Shown one piece after another: positions 18,568-27,283 of a stretch of DNA of 64,000 bases. A model generated the notes under the pieces. The model was not told the DNA's origin. It saw only the letters and a list, made by a program, of their open reading frames with translations, and did no database searches. This DNA comes from a virus, in IMG/VR virus record IMGVR_UViG_3300013102_000030, positions 96,001 to 160,000 of that record. The stretch is one strand, 5' to 3'. The number at the start of each line of letters is the position of its first letter. Position 1 is the first letter of the stretch. The position numbers and the translations under genes were made by a program.

Positions 18568-19391
18568 CCACGATACTATATCCCGGACCATCCGCTCCAA
18601 CGTACTTTCCTCACGTAGAGGGTCGCACCTTTGAAGAGGAACTGCTGAAAGGCTTGATTACTCCACCTGATATCAAGATCTACCTTGTAGGTGGAGCCGT
18701 ACGTGAGATCACCCGTGGATTCCCTGAGAAGGTCAAGGACTGGGATTTTGCTGTGGAGGCTCCGAGCTACGAAGGTATGAAGCAGTGGCTGGATCACAAG
18801 GGCTTTGAGATCTTCGTTGAGACTCCGCAGTACTTCACCATCCGCGCCCGAGCGCCCAAGGGACTCTTCAAGTTCGCTGGAATCGACATGTCACACAAGA
18901 CGTTCGACTTCACGCTCTGCCGCACTGAAGGTGAGTACTCAGACGGACGACGGCCTGATGAAGTCAAGCCCGGAACCCTGCTGGAAGATCTCTCGCGCCG
19001 TGACTTCACGATGAACGCAATGGCGCTGGATTCCCGTGGGACGGTCATAGATCCGTTTGGTGGTCAACAGGACATCAAGGATAAACTGATTCGTCTGGTA
19101 GGTGGTACAGACCGCCTGAAGGAGGACTCCTTGAGGATGCTCCGTGCCATCCGCTTTGCTGTCCAGCTTGACTTTGAGATGGATAATGATGTCTACGCCT
19201 TCCTCTTCAAGGAAGATAATGCAGAACTTCTGAAGAACGTTGACGAAAATCGAATCCGTGATGAACTCACCAAGTGCTTCAAGATCGACACGCTGGAAAC
19301 CCTGTGGATGCTCCAGAGCTTCCCTGCTATTGCGGACAGATGCTTCAGAGGAGACATCTGGCTCATGCCCACCGTCAAGGGAGCTAAGTGA
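18564..19391 (+). CDS. tRNA nucleotidyltransferase (CCA-adding/PAP class II); probable CTG start
   Basis: YLVGGAVR, D.D, EDL.RRDFT.NA, ED.LR.LRA.RF; frame open from CTG 18564 (CTGA overlap, GAAGGGA RBS); first canonical start is TTG 18654. Confidence 0.88.
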   Translation: MTTILYPGPSAPTYFPHVEGRTFEEELLKGLITPPDIKIYLVGGAVREITRGFPEKVKDWDFAVEAPSYEGMKQWLDHKGFEIFVETPQYFTIRARAPKGLFKFAGIDMSHKTFDFTLCRTEGEYSDGRRPDEVKPGTLLEDLSRRDFTMNAMALDSRGTVIDPFGGQQDIKDKLIRLVGGTDRLKEDSLRMLRAIRFAVQLDFEMDNDVYAFLFKEDNAELLKNVDENRIRDELTKCFKIDTLETLWMLQSFPAIADRCFRGDIWLMPTVKGAK

Positions 19392-19534
19392 CACCAGACC
19401 AAGAGCAAGAAAAACAAATCAACTACACTCAATTTCGACTTGACGAACTGAAGGTACGTCGTGATAAGATCGATGAAGAGATTGCCTACGAGCAGCGAGT
19501 GCTAGACAAGCTGCTCGGAGGAGTGGTAGAATAG
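19388..19534 (+). CDS. Small coiled-coil hypothetical protein (48 aa)
   Basis: GTGA overlap, AAGGGAG RBS. Confidence 0.65.
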   Translation: MTPDQEQEKQINYTQFRLDELKVRRDKIDEEIAYEQRVLDKLLGGVVE

Positions 19535-19580
19535 TGTAGTAAGTCCTCACCAGAGGAAACTACCACAGTAAGTGACAAAC

Positions 19581-20852
19581 ATGGCAACAACCGTAGTTCT
19601 GGACACATCCGTTCTCCTCTCCGCAGGAAGGACGGCACTGTATTCCTTTGGTGAAAACAACGTAGTCCTCCCCCTCGTAGTTGTAAGTGAGCTTGAGAAA
19701 AAGCGCAATGACCCGGATCTTGGTCTCGCGTCTCGCTCCGTTCTACGGGAGCTTGATATCCTCCGGTCACAGGGGGATTTGGCTAATGGAGTCTCCCTAG
19801 GGGAGGACTACGGCACACTTCGTGTTGAAATCAACAACACTCACAATGTACCACTCGCGGTTCAGAACCGTAAGACTAACGATGCCGAGATCATCACAGT
19901 AGCACACAACCTTGGACGATTCCAAACGGTTGTGCTGATCTCCAAGGATATTCCGATGAAGATCCTTGCCGACATCGTTGGTGTCGAGACAGCAGACTTT
20001 GTTCCGGCCAATATCTCCGGAGACTTCATCGATAAGACTGAGACCTACTGGGTAACGGCGGAAGAGATCAACCAGATTCACGAACACGGAACTGTCCGTC
20101 TGACTCTGGATGTGCCCCGCAACGTTGGTGTCATCCTTCGCTCCGAAGAGAATCCCAAGAATACAGCCCTTGCCATTGCAGGACCGGAGTTCAAGTTCAA
20201 CAAGGTTCAGTCCTTCAACGTTTCCGGACTTGAGTCCCGTTCCGCTGAGCAGGCTATCGCCATTGACTACCTGATGGATGATTCTGTCAAGATCGTCTCC
20301 CTTGGTGGCCGTGCCGGTACTGGTAAGACTACTCTAGCACTCGCTGCCGCCATTGAGCAACTACAACAGTACAAGAAGATCACGGTCTTCCGCTCCATGC
20401 ACGCTGTAGGTGGAGAAGAGCTTGGATTCCTCCCCGGATCTGAGGCTGAGAAGATGGACCCTTGGACTGCTGCAATCTACGATAGTCTAAACTCATTCCT
20501 CACACCGGCCCAGATCAATGCTCTGAAGACCAAGCAGGCCATTGAGGTTCTCCCGCTGACACACATCCGTGGACGTACGCTGAACAACTTCATCATCATT
20601 GATGAGGCCCAGAACCTTGAGCGTGCCACCATCCTCACAGCCCTCTCCCGTATGGGTAAGAACGCAAAGGCTGTCATGTCGTGGGATGTCTCCCAGCGAG
20701 ACAACTTCCGCGTAGGCCGACACGATGGTGTCTATGAGGTCACCAGCCGCCTACTGGGTGAAAAGCTGTTCGCCCATACGTCCCTCCAGAAATCAGAGCG
20801 CTCACCGGCAGCAGAGCTTGTTTCCCGCAAGCTGGATGATTTCGACATCTAA
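19581..20852 (+). CDS. phoH: PIN-PhoH (PhoH2-like) protein
   Basis: VLDTSVL PIN; GRAGTGKT, GFLPG, RGRT, DEAQN. Confidence 0.92.
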   Translation: MATTVVLDTSVLLSAGRTALYSFGENNVVLPLVVVSELEKKRNDPDLGLASRSVLRELDILRSQGDLANGVSLGEDYGTLRVEINNTHNVPLAVQNRKTNDAEIITVAHNLGRFQTVVLISKDIPMKILADIVGVETADFVPANISGDFIDKTETYWVTAEEINQIHEHGTVRLTLDVPRNVGVILRSEENPKNTALAIAGPEFKFNKVQSFNVSGLESRSAEQAIAIDYLMDDSVKIVSLGGRAGTGKTTLALAAAIEQLQQYKKITVFRSMHAVGGEELGFLPGSEAEKMDPWTAAIYDSLNSFLTPAQINALKTKQAIEVLPLTHIRGRTLNNFIIIDEAQNLERATILTALSRMGKNAKAVMSWDVSQRDNFRVGRHDGVYEVTSRLLGEKLFAHTSLQKSERSPAAELVSRKLDDFDI

Positions 20853-20861
20853 CCACTACCA

Positions 20862-20898
20862 CAGAGAAGCCATCGAGTCAAACTCGGTGGCTTTTTCT
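20862..20898 (+). terminator. Intrinsic terminator
   Basis: AGAAGCCATCGAG/CTCGGTGGCTTTTT. Confidence 0.75.
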
Positions 20899-20960
20899 GT
20901 ACCCGTATGGTAGAATAGGATGGACTAACTTTATGCTTCTTTACTCTTTAGGAATAGCCC

Positions 20961-21770
20961 GTGGCGCTACCAACAAACATTAGCTATGGCACAGTAGTAG
21001 GACAGTTCTTGGCCGCGATTCAAGACGGGCCTGACCCTGACAAGCTCCCAGAAGGTATCCCTATGAAGGGTACCGTCACTTTTGTGGCTTCTCCTGTCTA
21101 CGTTCTAGACTACACCGCCAACCCCAACCCTGTCACGATCCTCAAGACACCTATCACATGCTCTCTGGACTCAGAGGGCTATCTGTGTGCACCTTACTCA
21201 GCGTCTGACTCTCCTCTGTCTCGTGGAGTTCCGCTGATTGCTACGGACGATCCTGACATCCTGCCTATCGGCTGGACATGGAGTGTCATCTATAACCTCA
21301 CGGACCCGTACGGCAACCGAGCCAACCTGCCAACACAGAACATTGCTGTTCCATCCGGAGTCACTACTGACCTTACCACAGCAATGAACATTGCTGCTGC
21401 CAACGGCTCCATCATCACCAAGGGTGCCACCGGAGATCCCGGAGACCTTGTCGGAGTCACCAACGGAGGATCATGGGGAAGCTCCGTCACGCTTTCCGCG
21501 TACCCTCAGACCTACATCTCCACCCTGTCTGCCTCTGTCACGTCCCTGACGCTGCCTACAGAGGTCTATCCGAATGAGTCTGGAACAATCACCCTCGTAC
21601 TCACTCAGGACGCTACAGGAGGCCGTACAATCACGTGGCCTGCTTCCGTCAAGTGGCCTGAGGGAATTGCTCAGCAGCCAGCAGCGGCTGCAAATTCAAT
21701 TTCGGTGATTCATCTTCTTTGGACAGGAACAACATGGCTGGGAATGCTAGGAGGTAAGAGCTTTGCGTAG
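20961..21770 (+). CDS. Minor tail protein
   Basis: YGTVVG.F N-terminus, L.ATDD...P.GWTW, short GXX linker, LTQDATGGRTITWP. Confidence 0.75.
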   Translation: MALPTNISYGTVVGQFLAAIQDGPDPDKLPEGIPMKGTVTFVASPVYVLDYTANPNPVTILKTPITCSLDSEGYLCAPYSASDSPLSRGVPLIATDDPDILPIGWTWSVIYNLTDPYGNRANLPTQNIAVPSGVTTDLTTAMNIAAANGSIITKGATGDPGDLVGVTNGGSWGSSVTLSAYPQTYISTLSASVTSLTLPTEVYPNESGTITLVLTQDATGGRTITWPASVKWPEGIAQQPAAAANSISVIHLLWTGTTWLGMLGGKSFA

Positions 21771-24700
21771 AGACAACTTTGACAGCGGAAGTCAACCAGT
21801 CCGCAACCTTGCCTACATCCCAAGCTTTGAAGTTGCCAGCGGAACAGTCAACACCCGAACTAACCTGTACAAAGATCCTCACTGTGAGGGTGTCAGTGGG
21901 TCAGTAACTGTCCGTACAAACCTCTGCACAAACCCCGGACCACAGGCTGTAGGCGGAACCACAACAACCATCCGCACCAATCTAAGCACTAACTCACGTG
22001 GTGTCAGTGCCTTGCCCGACTACAACGGTGCTAGTTATCAGACCATCACTACAGTAACAGGGATAACAGGGCATCCGGAAGGCATCACGACTGCCAACCG
22101 AGTAAGCTACAATGCAGGGGCAACCAATCCGGGAGTAGCTCTGCTCAATCCTGCTCAAGCAAACACTAAGTACACGATTAGTGCATGGGTATACCACGAG
22201 ACCGTACCTCCAGCAGGAGGTCAAGCCTTCGCCATGGCAGGACTCACCAGCAGTACACCAACAACACCTGTAGCAGGGGTTTGGCAACGTTTGTCATGGA
22301 CCTACACTACCACAGCATCACCTAGTTACTTTGGTTTCCGTGTAGCATCTCCTACAGGATCAGGAAGCTTCCTCATCACCGGAATTCTCATTGAGAGGTC
22401 CGGATTTCTTGGTGACTTCTTTGACGGTGCAGGAGCCAGTAGAACCAATCTCGCCAATGATCCCCGCGCTCTAACCATTACTGGCACTACGGGAGTAGGA
22501 TGGCGCAATAGTCGTTGGTTCGGTGGGAACGGTACCACTGTCGGTACTCATACTAATATCACCGGTATGCAGGATGGACCTACACCGCAACTAACCACCT
22601 ATATCCGTAAGCAGTGGACTGGGGACAACCTCAGCACCAGTAACGGTGACACCGGATTTGAGTTGTCCACAGGCTTCAACACTACAGCAGGCGTAGCTTA
22701 TGCCGGAGGATGGAGTGTCCAAGCCGGTGTCACATACTCTCTTTCAGCATGGCTGCGCCCCACCAGTGATAAAGGTAATGCTGGATTTGATATGACGTGG
22801 AGAGATAGTGCAGGATACTATATCACACGAAGTACCTTCTCCACGTATACGCTTCCCGCGAACGTCTGGACCCGTGTCACTGCCACAGTAACCGCACCCT
22901 CAGGAGCGATCACAGCAGGTCTCGTATTGGACGTAGATGGCGGTTCGTTGTGGAAGTCAGGGGAATCTCTCGACGGCACTGGTCTCATCATTGAGCGCAC
23001 AGACACTCCCAGCACTATCTTTTATGAAGGAACTGGTGACTTCAGCTACTCATGGACAGGAACAGCCAACAATTCGGCCAGTATCCAGACCGCCGCAGGT
23101 ACTCCAGCTATCGGTGGAGCTAACAACGGAATAACGTACAGAAGTGGTATCTCAGGGAACTACTTTGCCCGAACTTTCTTCACCAGCGATCAGATCATGG
23201 ACAGTGGTCCGAGCCTTCAGGGTACAGCCCCCGGACTAACAGCCAGCAAGACCTATACCTTGTCTGTAGATGTATGGGTAGATCGAGACCGCACCTATAG
23301 ACTAAGCGTACAAGGGAACGGTACCACCAACACTAGCACCAGCTTTACGCAGACCGCAGGAACCACCGTCCGCAGAATCATCACATTCCAGACGAATGTG
23401 TCGGCTACAGGACCATCAAACGTTGCACTGTACGTGCTCCGTAGTGATGTGCTGCCCGGATATATTGATGTATCTAAAATCCTCATCGAAGAGGCCCCCC
23501 AAGCTCTTCCATATTTTGATGGTAGCAATCCTGTCCGTAATCTTGCGGCAGGCACTAACCCTTCTGCACTAAGTGGTATTACAATGACCTCTGGGGTCTC
23601 CTACAAAGGAGATACATGGAGGCGAGCCAGTGTTGCCGCAGGAAACAGTGGTTGGATTGTTAGACAATACGTCAATCTTTTCGACCTGATTCCGGGGCAA
23701 ACCTACACCGCAGCAGTCACCGTTGCCAATGACAGTACCGCTGATAGTGTAAGCATTGCGCTGGATTGGTGCGACACAGCAGCAACTACTGTTACACTTG
23801 CCCCCGGTGAGGTACGTCGCCTCAGGGTCACTAACAGTAAGGCATCCTACAGCAACGTATACCGGTTTGCCGACCTACAGGTAAACCAGAATACCGCAGG
23901 TAGCCGCAGTGTACTTTTCAAGGATTTCACTGTAGAGTTTGGTGCTACACCCGGCTATCAAGGCGCAGCAGATTACACTACCGCGTGGACTGGTGTAGTC
24001 AACGGCTCCACTAGTACGATGACGGCTCCGCTTCCCGGAGGGTGGTCTAAATCTGGCAACACTGTCGTCATCCCGACCACTGAGGGAATCAGCGGTAAAG
24101 GTATCAAAATCATCAAGAATGGAGGGTACGGATTCGTTGGAACCACTCTCAGCGGTCTAGCTGTAAGCACTGCCTACACATGGTCAGCGGATATTTTGAC
24201 GAGTCAGACCACTGTCAACACTGTGGACCGAAGCAGTCTCGTCGGCGGGTATAGCCCGAGTGACAGAACTGTCGTGTCCGATCTCGTGACCAGAATTCAA
24301 AGGACCTTTACCACTGGACCGAGTGAGACTACCAGAACCATCAGTATCGCTGGATGGGAGAATGCTACCGTGCCGGATGGCAGCATCCTTATCATCGACA
24401 ACATACAAGTAGAAGCTAACGGGCAGGCTACTCCCTTCTTCTCGGGAGACACACCAGCAGCTAATGAGTTCACCTACGCATGGACCGGAACTCAGCACGC
24501 CAGCACCAGCACCGAGACAGCACCGGGAGCCAGTGGATACACTGGATCATACAGCAACCGTATCGCATGGCAGTCTACCCAGTGGAGCGCCAGTGGTACC
24601 AAGAGCCTTGCAGTTGCCGGTGGTGCCCCATCACAGGACAGCTTCAGCCAGTTCGGACAGCCGTATCCATTCCCAGCGGACTTCGCCGGGAAGACTTACA

Positions 24701-25611
24701 CTATACTTGCCCGACTCCGTACTGAGGAAGCTTTCCCCGTAGGGGCAGACGGTCGAGCATGGGGCGTTCATATAGCCGTCAACACCACTGGGGCGCAGGT
24801 ATTTTTTAGCCTCCGTCCAAACAACTATAACACTCTTCCGGCAGGGGTCTATGAGGTCCGTCAAACTATCACCATGCCTGCCAATGCCACAAACATCTCT
24901 TTCATGAGATTCTATAACGGCAGTCCAAACCGGACAACCGTATGGTGGGACAACTTCATGGTGGTGGAAGGACGCTACGATGGAGGATATATCAACCCCG
25001 ACCAAAACCCCCTTGCCAAATGGGACGGTGCGGCGAACGTTAGCACAAGTGTAGGATATCCTCCTACCCTTCTTGAACTTGCCGGAAAACCTAGCCTTGA
25101 GTTGGTAGGGGAAGGCATCTCTCCTACGACTACAGTTGACGGTTTTGTTGCCAGAACGCTCTATGCTGTATACGAGGTAACAGATATCAACCAAGGTAGC
25201 TGGCAGGTTCCGATTATCTATGGAGTAGCAAGCAGTGAAGGATACACCCTTCAGTCCAACTCAGCAGGAACTATCCAGATGGTACCACGAGCAGACTTTG
25301 CTACTGGTGGCGGAAATACCAATGCCACCACTGGATTCAATACAAGGACTTCGGGCAGAGTCCATGTTATGGCTTTTGCCTTCAATGATGGCTTGACGAG
25401 CATGCTTGGAATGGGAAACGGAGCTACTGATGTACAAAGAACATTGGTACCCGGAACTGTTGGGTGGACTAAGCATAAGCTTGAAATCCGCCCCGCAGCC
25501 CAAGGTATGCGTGGTGTGTACGCGTCTGTGTATATGGGGGAGCATTCCCGAGCTACCCGATTGGCTATTAGCCGATATCTCGGAAATAAATATGGAGCAA
25601 ATGTCGCCTAG
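21763..25611 (+). CDS. Large minor tail/receptor-binding protein with about six CBM-like repeats
   Basis: Repeated RTNL..NP, Y.[LI]S.W, ...E...FDG and W.G...S.S motifs; Thr/Gly/Ser-rich. Confidence 0.8.
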   Translation: MRRDNFDSGSQPVRNLAYIPSFEVASGTVNTRTNLYKDPHCEGVSGSVTVRTNLCTNPGPQAVGGTTTTIRTNLSTNSRGVSALPDYNGASYQTITTVTGITGHPEGITTANRVSYNAGATNPGVALLNPAQANTKYTISAWVYHETVPPAGGQAFAMAGLTSSTPTTPVAGVWQRLSWTYTTTASPSYFGFRVASPTGSGSFLITGILIERSGFLGDFFDGAGASRTNLANDPRALTITGTTGVGWRNSRWFGGNGTTVGTHTNITGMQDGPTPQLTTYIRKQWTGDNLSTSNGDTGFELSTGFNTTAGVAYAGGWSVQAGVTYSLSAWLRPTSDKGNAGFDMTWRDSAGYYITRSTFSTYTLPANVWTRVTATVTAPSGAITAGLVLDVDGGSLWKSGESLDGTGLIIERTDTPSTIFYEGTGDFSYSWTGTANNSASIQTAAGTPAIGGANNGITYRSGISGNYFARTFFTSDQIMDSGPSLQGTAPGLTASKTYTLSVDVWVDRDRTYRLSVQGNGTTNTSTSFTQTAGTTVRRIITFQTNVSATGPSNVALYVLRSDVLPGYIDVSKILIEEAPQALPYFDGSNPVRNLAAGTNPSALSGITMTSGVSYKGDTWRRASVAAGNSGWIVRQYVNLFDLIPGQTYTAAVTVANDSTADSVSIALDWCDTAATTVTLAPGEVRRLRVTNSKASYSNVYRFADLQVNQNTAGSRSVLFKDFTVEFGATPGYQGAADYTTAWTGVVNGSTSTMTAPLPGGWSKSGNTVVIPTTEGISGKGIKIIKNGGYGFVGTTLSGLAVSTAYTWSADILTSQTTVNTVDRSSLVGGYSPSDRTVVSDLVTRIQRTFTTGPSETTRTISIAGWENATVPDGSILIIDNIQVEANGQATPFFSGDTPAANEFTYAWTGTQHASTSTETAPGASGYTGSYSNRIAWQSTQWSASGTKSLAVAGGAPSQDSFSQFGQPYPFPADFAGKTYTILARLRTEEAFPVGADGRAWGVHIAVNTTGAQVFFSLRPNNYNTLPAGVYEVRQTITMPANATNISFMRFYNGSPNRTTVWWDNFMVVEGRYDGGYINPDQNPLAKWDGAANVSTSVGYPPTLLELAGKPSLELVGEGISPTTTVDGFVARTLYAVYEVTDINQGSWQVPIIYGVASSEGYTLQSNSAGTIQMVPRADFATGGGNTNATTGFNTRTSGRVHVMAFAFNDGLTSMLGMGNGATDVQRTLVPGTVGWTKHKLEIRPAAQGMRGVYASVYMGEHSRATRLAISRYLGNKYGANVA

Positions 25612-25686
25612 GGGTTGACACGTTGTCTTTCTGTAGAGTATCGTAATTCTTATCAGGAACACCGATACTCTACAGAAGGGCACATC

Positions 25687-26544
25687 ATGAAAAAGATCGC
25701 AAGCACCGCAACCGCTGTACTCCTCGCCTCCTCGGGGCTTCTCTTCGTAGGGCAGGCCGCGAACGCCATGCCCTGTGACCTCCCCGGAGCAGGATGTACG
25801 GGTGACAGCAACACCGGCTATCCCGGAGGAGTCGCACCGACTCCCGATCCGGGGAAAGGACATGATCCTGTGACATTCTGCCACAACGGAATGCTGAAGA
25901 CAACTGACGACGACGGAGAACTCCATGGTCACAAGACCAAAAAGGGAGAGCACGTCAACGATGTCTTCCGCGAAGACCTTGGACGTGAGGTAACAGAAGC
26001 TGACTGTGCCGTCGTCACGGAACCGGTGAAGCCCCCTCAGCCTGCACCGGAGTTCCCGGAAGGCAACGTGGACATCACCTACCAGTGTGACGCGGTTCCC
26101 ATGACCCGAACCGATCACATCACCTACAAGCGGATCGACTACGTCTACGACGCTCCCAGCAATTCGTGGGTGAAGGGTCCGGAGCAGGTCACGGACGGGG
26201 TCTACGTCTTCCCGCTGACTGACGAGCAGGCGCAAACGTACTGCGGAGTTGCCGTCACCCCTCCCGTACAGGAGACTCCTCCGGCTGTGACTCCTGACGC
26301 TCCGGCTCCCGAACAGGCTGCACCGGAGGCTCCGGTAGCTCCTGCTGTCGTCCCTGCCGCTGAGCCTGCACCGCTGGCAAATCTCGGTGGACAGGTCCCT
26401 GCAAGCAACGTGGAGCAGGCAGCACAGACGCAGGCACCCGCCGAACTTGCCTACACGGGCTTCAACTGGGGAATGTTCGGAGCCGCGATCCTCTCGCTGC
26501 TTGGCGGATTCGGACTCATGCGGCTGAAGCGGAAGCTCGCATAA
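25687..26544 (+). CDS. Cell-wall-anchored surface protein (LAxTG sortase motif)
   Basis: Signal peptide AANA, Pro/Ala linker, LAYTG, TM helix, RLKRK tail. Confidence 0.8.
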   Translation: MKKIASTATAVLLASSGLLFVGQAANAMPCDLPGAGCTGDSNTGYPGGVAPTPDPGKGHDPVTFCHNGMLKTTDDDGELHGHKTKKGEHVNDVFREDLGREVTEADCAVVTEPVKPPQPAPEFPEGNVDITYQCDAVPMTRTDHITYKRIDYVYDAPSNSWVKGPEQVTDGVYVFPLTDEQAQTYCGVAVTPPVQETPPAVTPDAPAPEQAAPEAPVAPAVVPAAEPAPLANLGGQVPASNVEQAAQTQAPAELAYTGFNWGMFGAAILSLLGGFGLMRLKRKLA

Positions 26545-26552
26545 CTTCCACA

Positions 26553-26589
26553 AGGTAGACCCTCTCCTTCGGGAGAGGGTTTACTTTTT
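26553..26589 (+). terminator. Intrinsic terminator
   Basis: GACCCTCTCC-TTCG-GGAGAGGGTT followed by a T tract. Confidence 0.8.
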
Positions 26590-26615
26590 GCCCTGAAACT
26601 GCTAAGATGTACCGA

Positions 26616-27272
26616 ATGACCCAAAAAATCATTCTTGAAGCCGTCACTGGCTCAAAAGCCTACGGGCTGAATCACGCACAATCCGACACCGACAAGATGG
26701 GCATCTTCGTTGCCCCTACTGTACACGTAGCTGGCCTTGGATGGGCCTCAAAGCACGAGTCATGGTCCAATGCTGGACCGGAGGGTGATGACTACACCTT
26801 GCACGAGGTTGGCAAGTATCTCAAGCTTGTGCTAAAGTCGAACCCTACCCTTGTGGAACTGCTCTTCATCGACCAGTACGAGACTCTGACTGATGAAGGC
26901 AGAGCCATGATTGACCTTCGTGGGAAAGTCCTGTATACTAAGGGCATCCGCGAAGCCTACTATGGATACGCTAAGGCTCAGTACGAGCGTGTAATGAGGG
27001 AATACCCTCTCCATAAGCCCAAGATGGCACGACACTGTGTACGGATCGCCATTCAGGGGCATGAGCTTCTGACCACAGGGACCACGAACGTAAAGGTTCT
27101 TGACCCTCAATACCTGTTTGATCTGAATGACATGGGCCAAACAGATCTGTTCAACACTATGGCTAAGCATGTGCAATCCATTGATGATGCAAAATCTGTC
27201 CTTCGGGACGAACCAGACCGCAAGTCAGTTGCCGCGTTTCTGGAAGATATACGACGACAAAATCTAGGCTAA
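26616..27272 (+). CDS. RlaP-type (Pol-beta) nucleotidyltransferase
   Basis: GS.AYGL...SDTD.MGIF, NP..VE.L, K.A.H..R; leaderless ATG. Confidence 0.85.
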   Translation: MTQKIILEAVTGSKAYGLNHAQSDTDKMGIFVAPTVHVAGLGWASKHESWSNAGPEGDDYTLHEVGKYLKLVLKSNPTLVELLFIDQYETLTDEGRAMIDLRGKVLYTKGIREAYYGYAKAQYERVMREYPLHKPKMARHCVRIAIQGHELLTTGTTNVKVLDPQYLFDLNDMGQTDLFNTMAKHVQSIDDAKSVLRDEPDRKSVAAFLEDIRRQNLG

Positions 27273-27283
27273 GAAAGAAGGAA

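Noticed and set aside
19488-19517. Hairpin CGAGCAGC/GCTGCTCG as a tRNA or ncRNA
   Set aside because: No T arm; lies inside a plausible 48-aa CDS
25261-26553. Long reverse-strand ORFs (also 30316-31374, 12878-13735, 7680-8600, 4797-5600)
   Set aside because: Antisense shadows of well-supported plus-strand genes or tRNAs; no RBS or motifs
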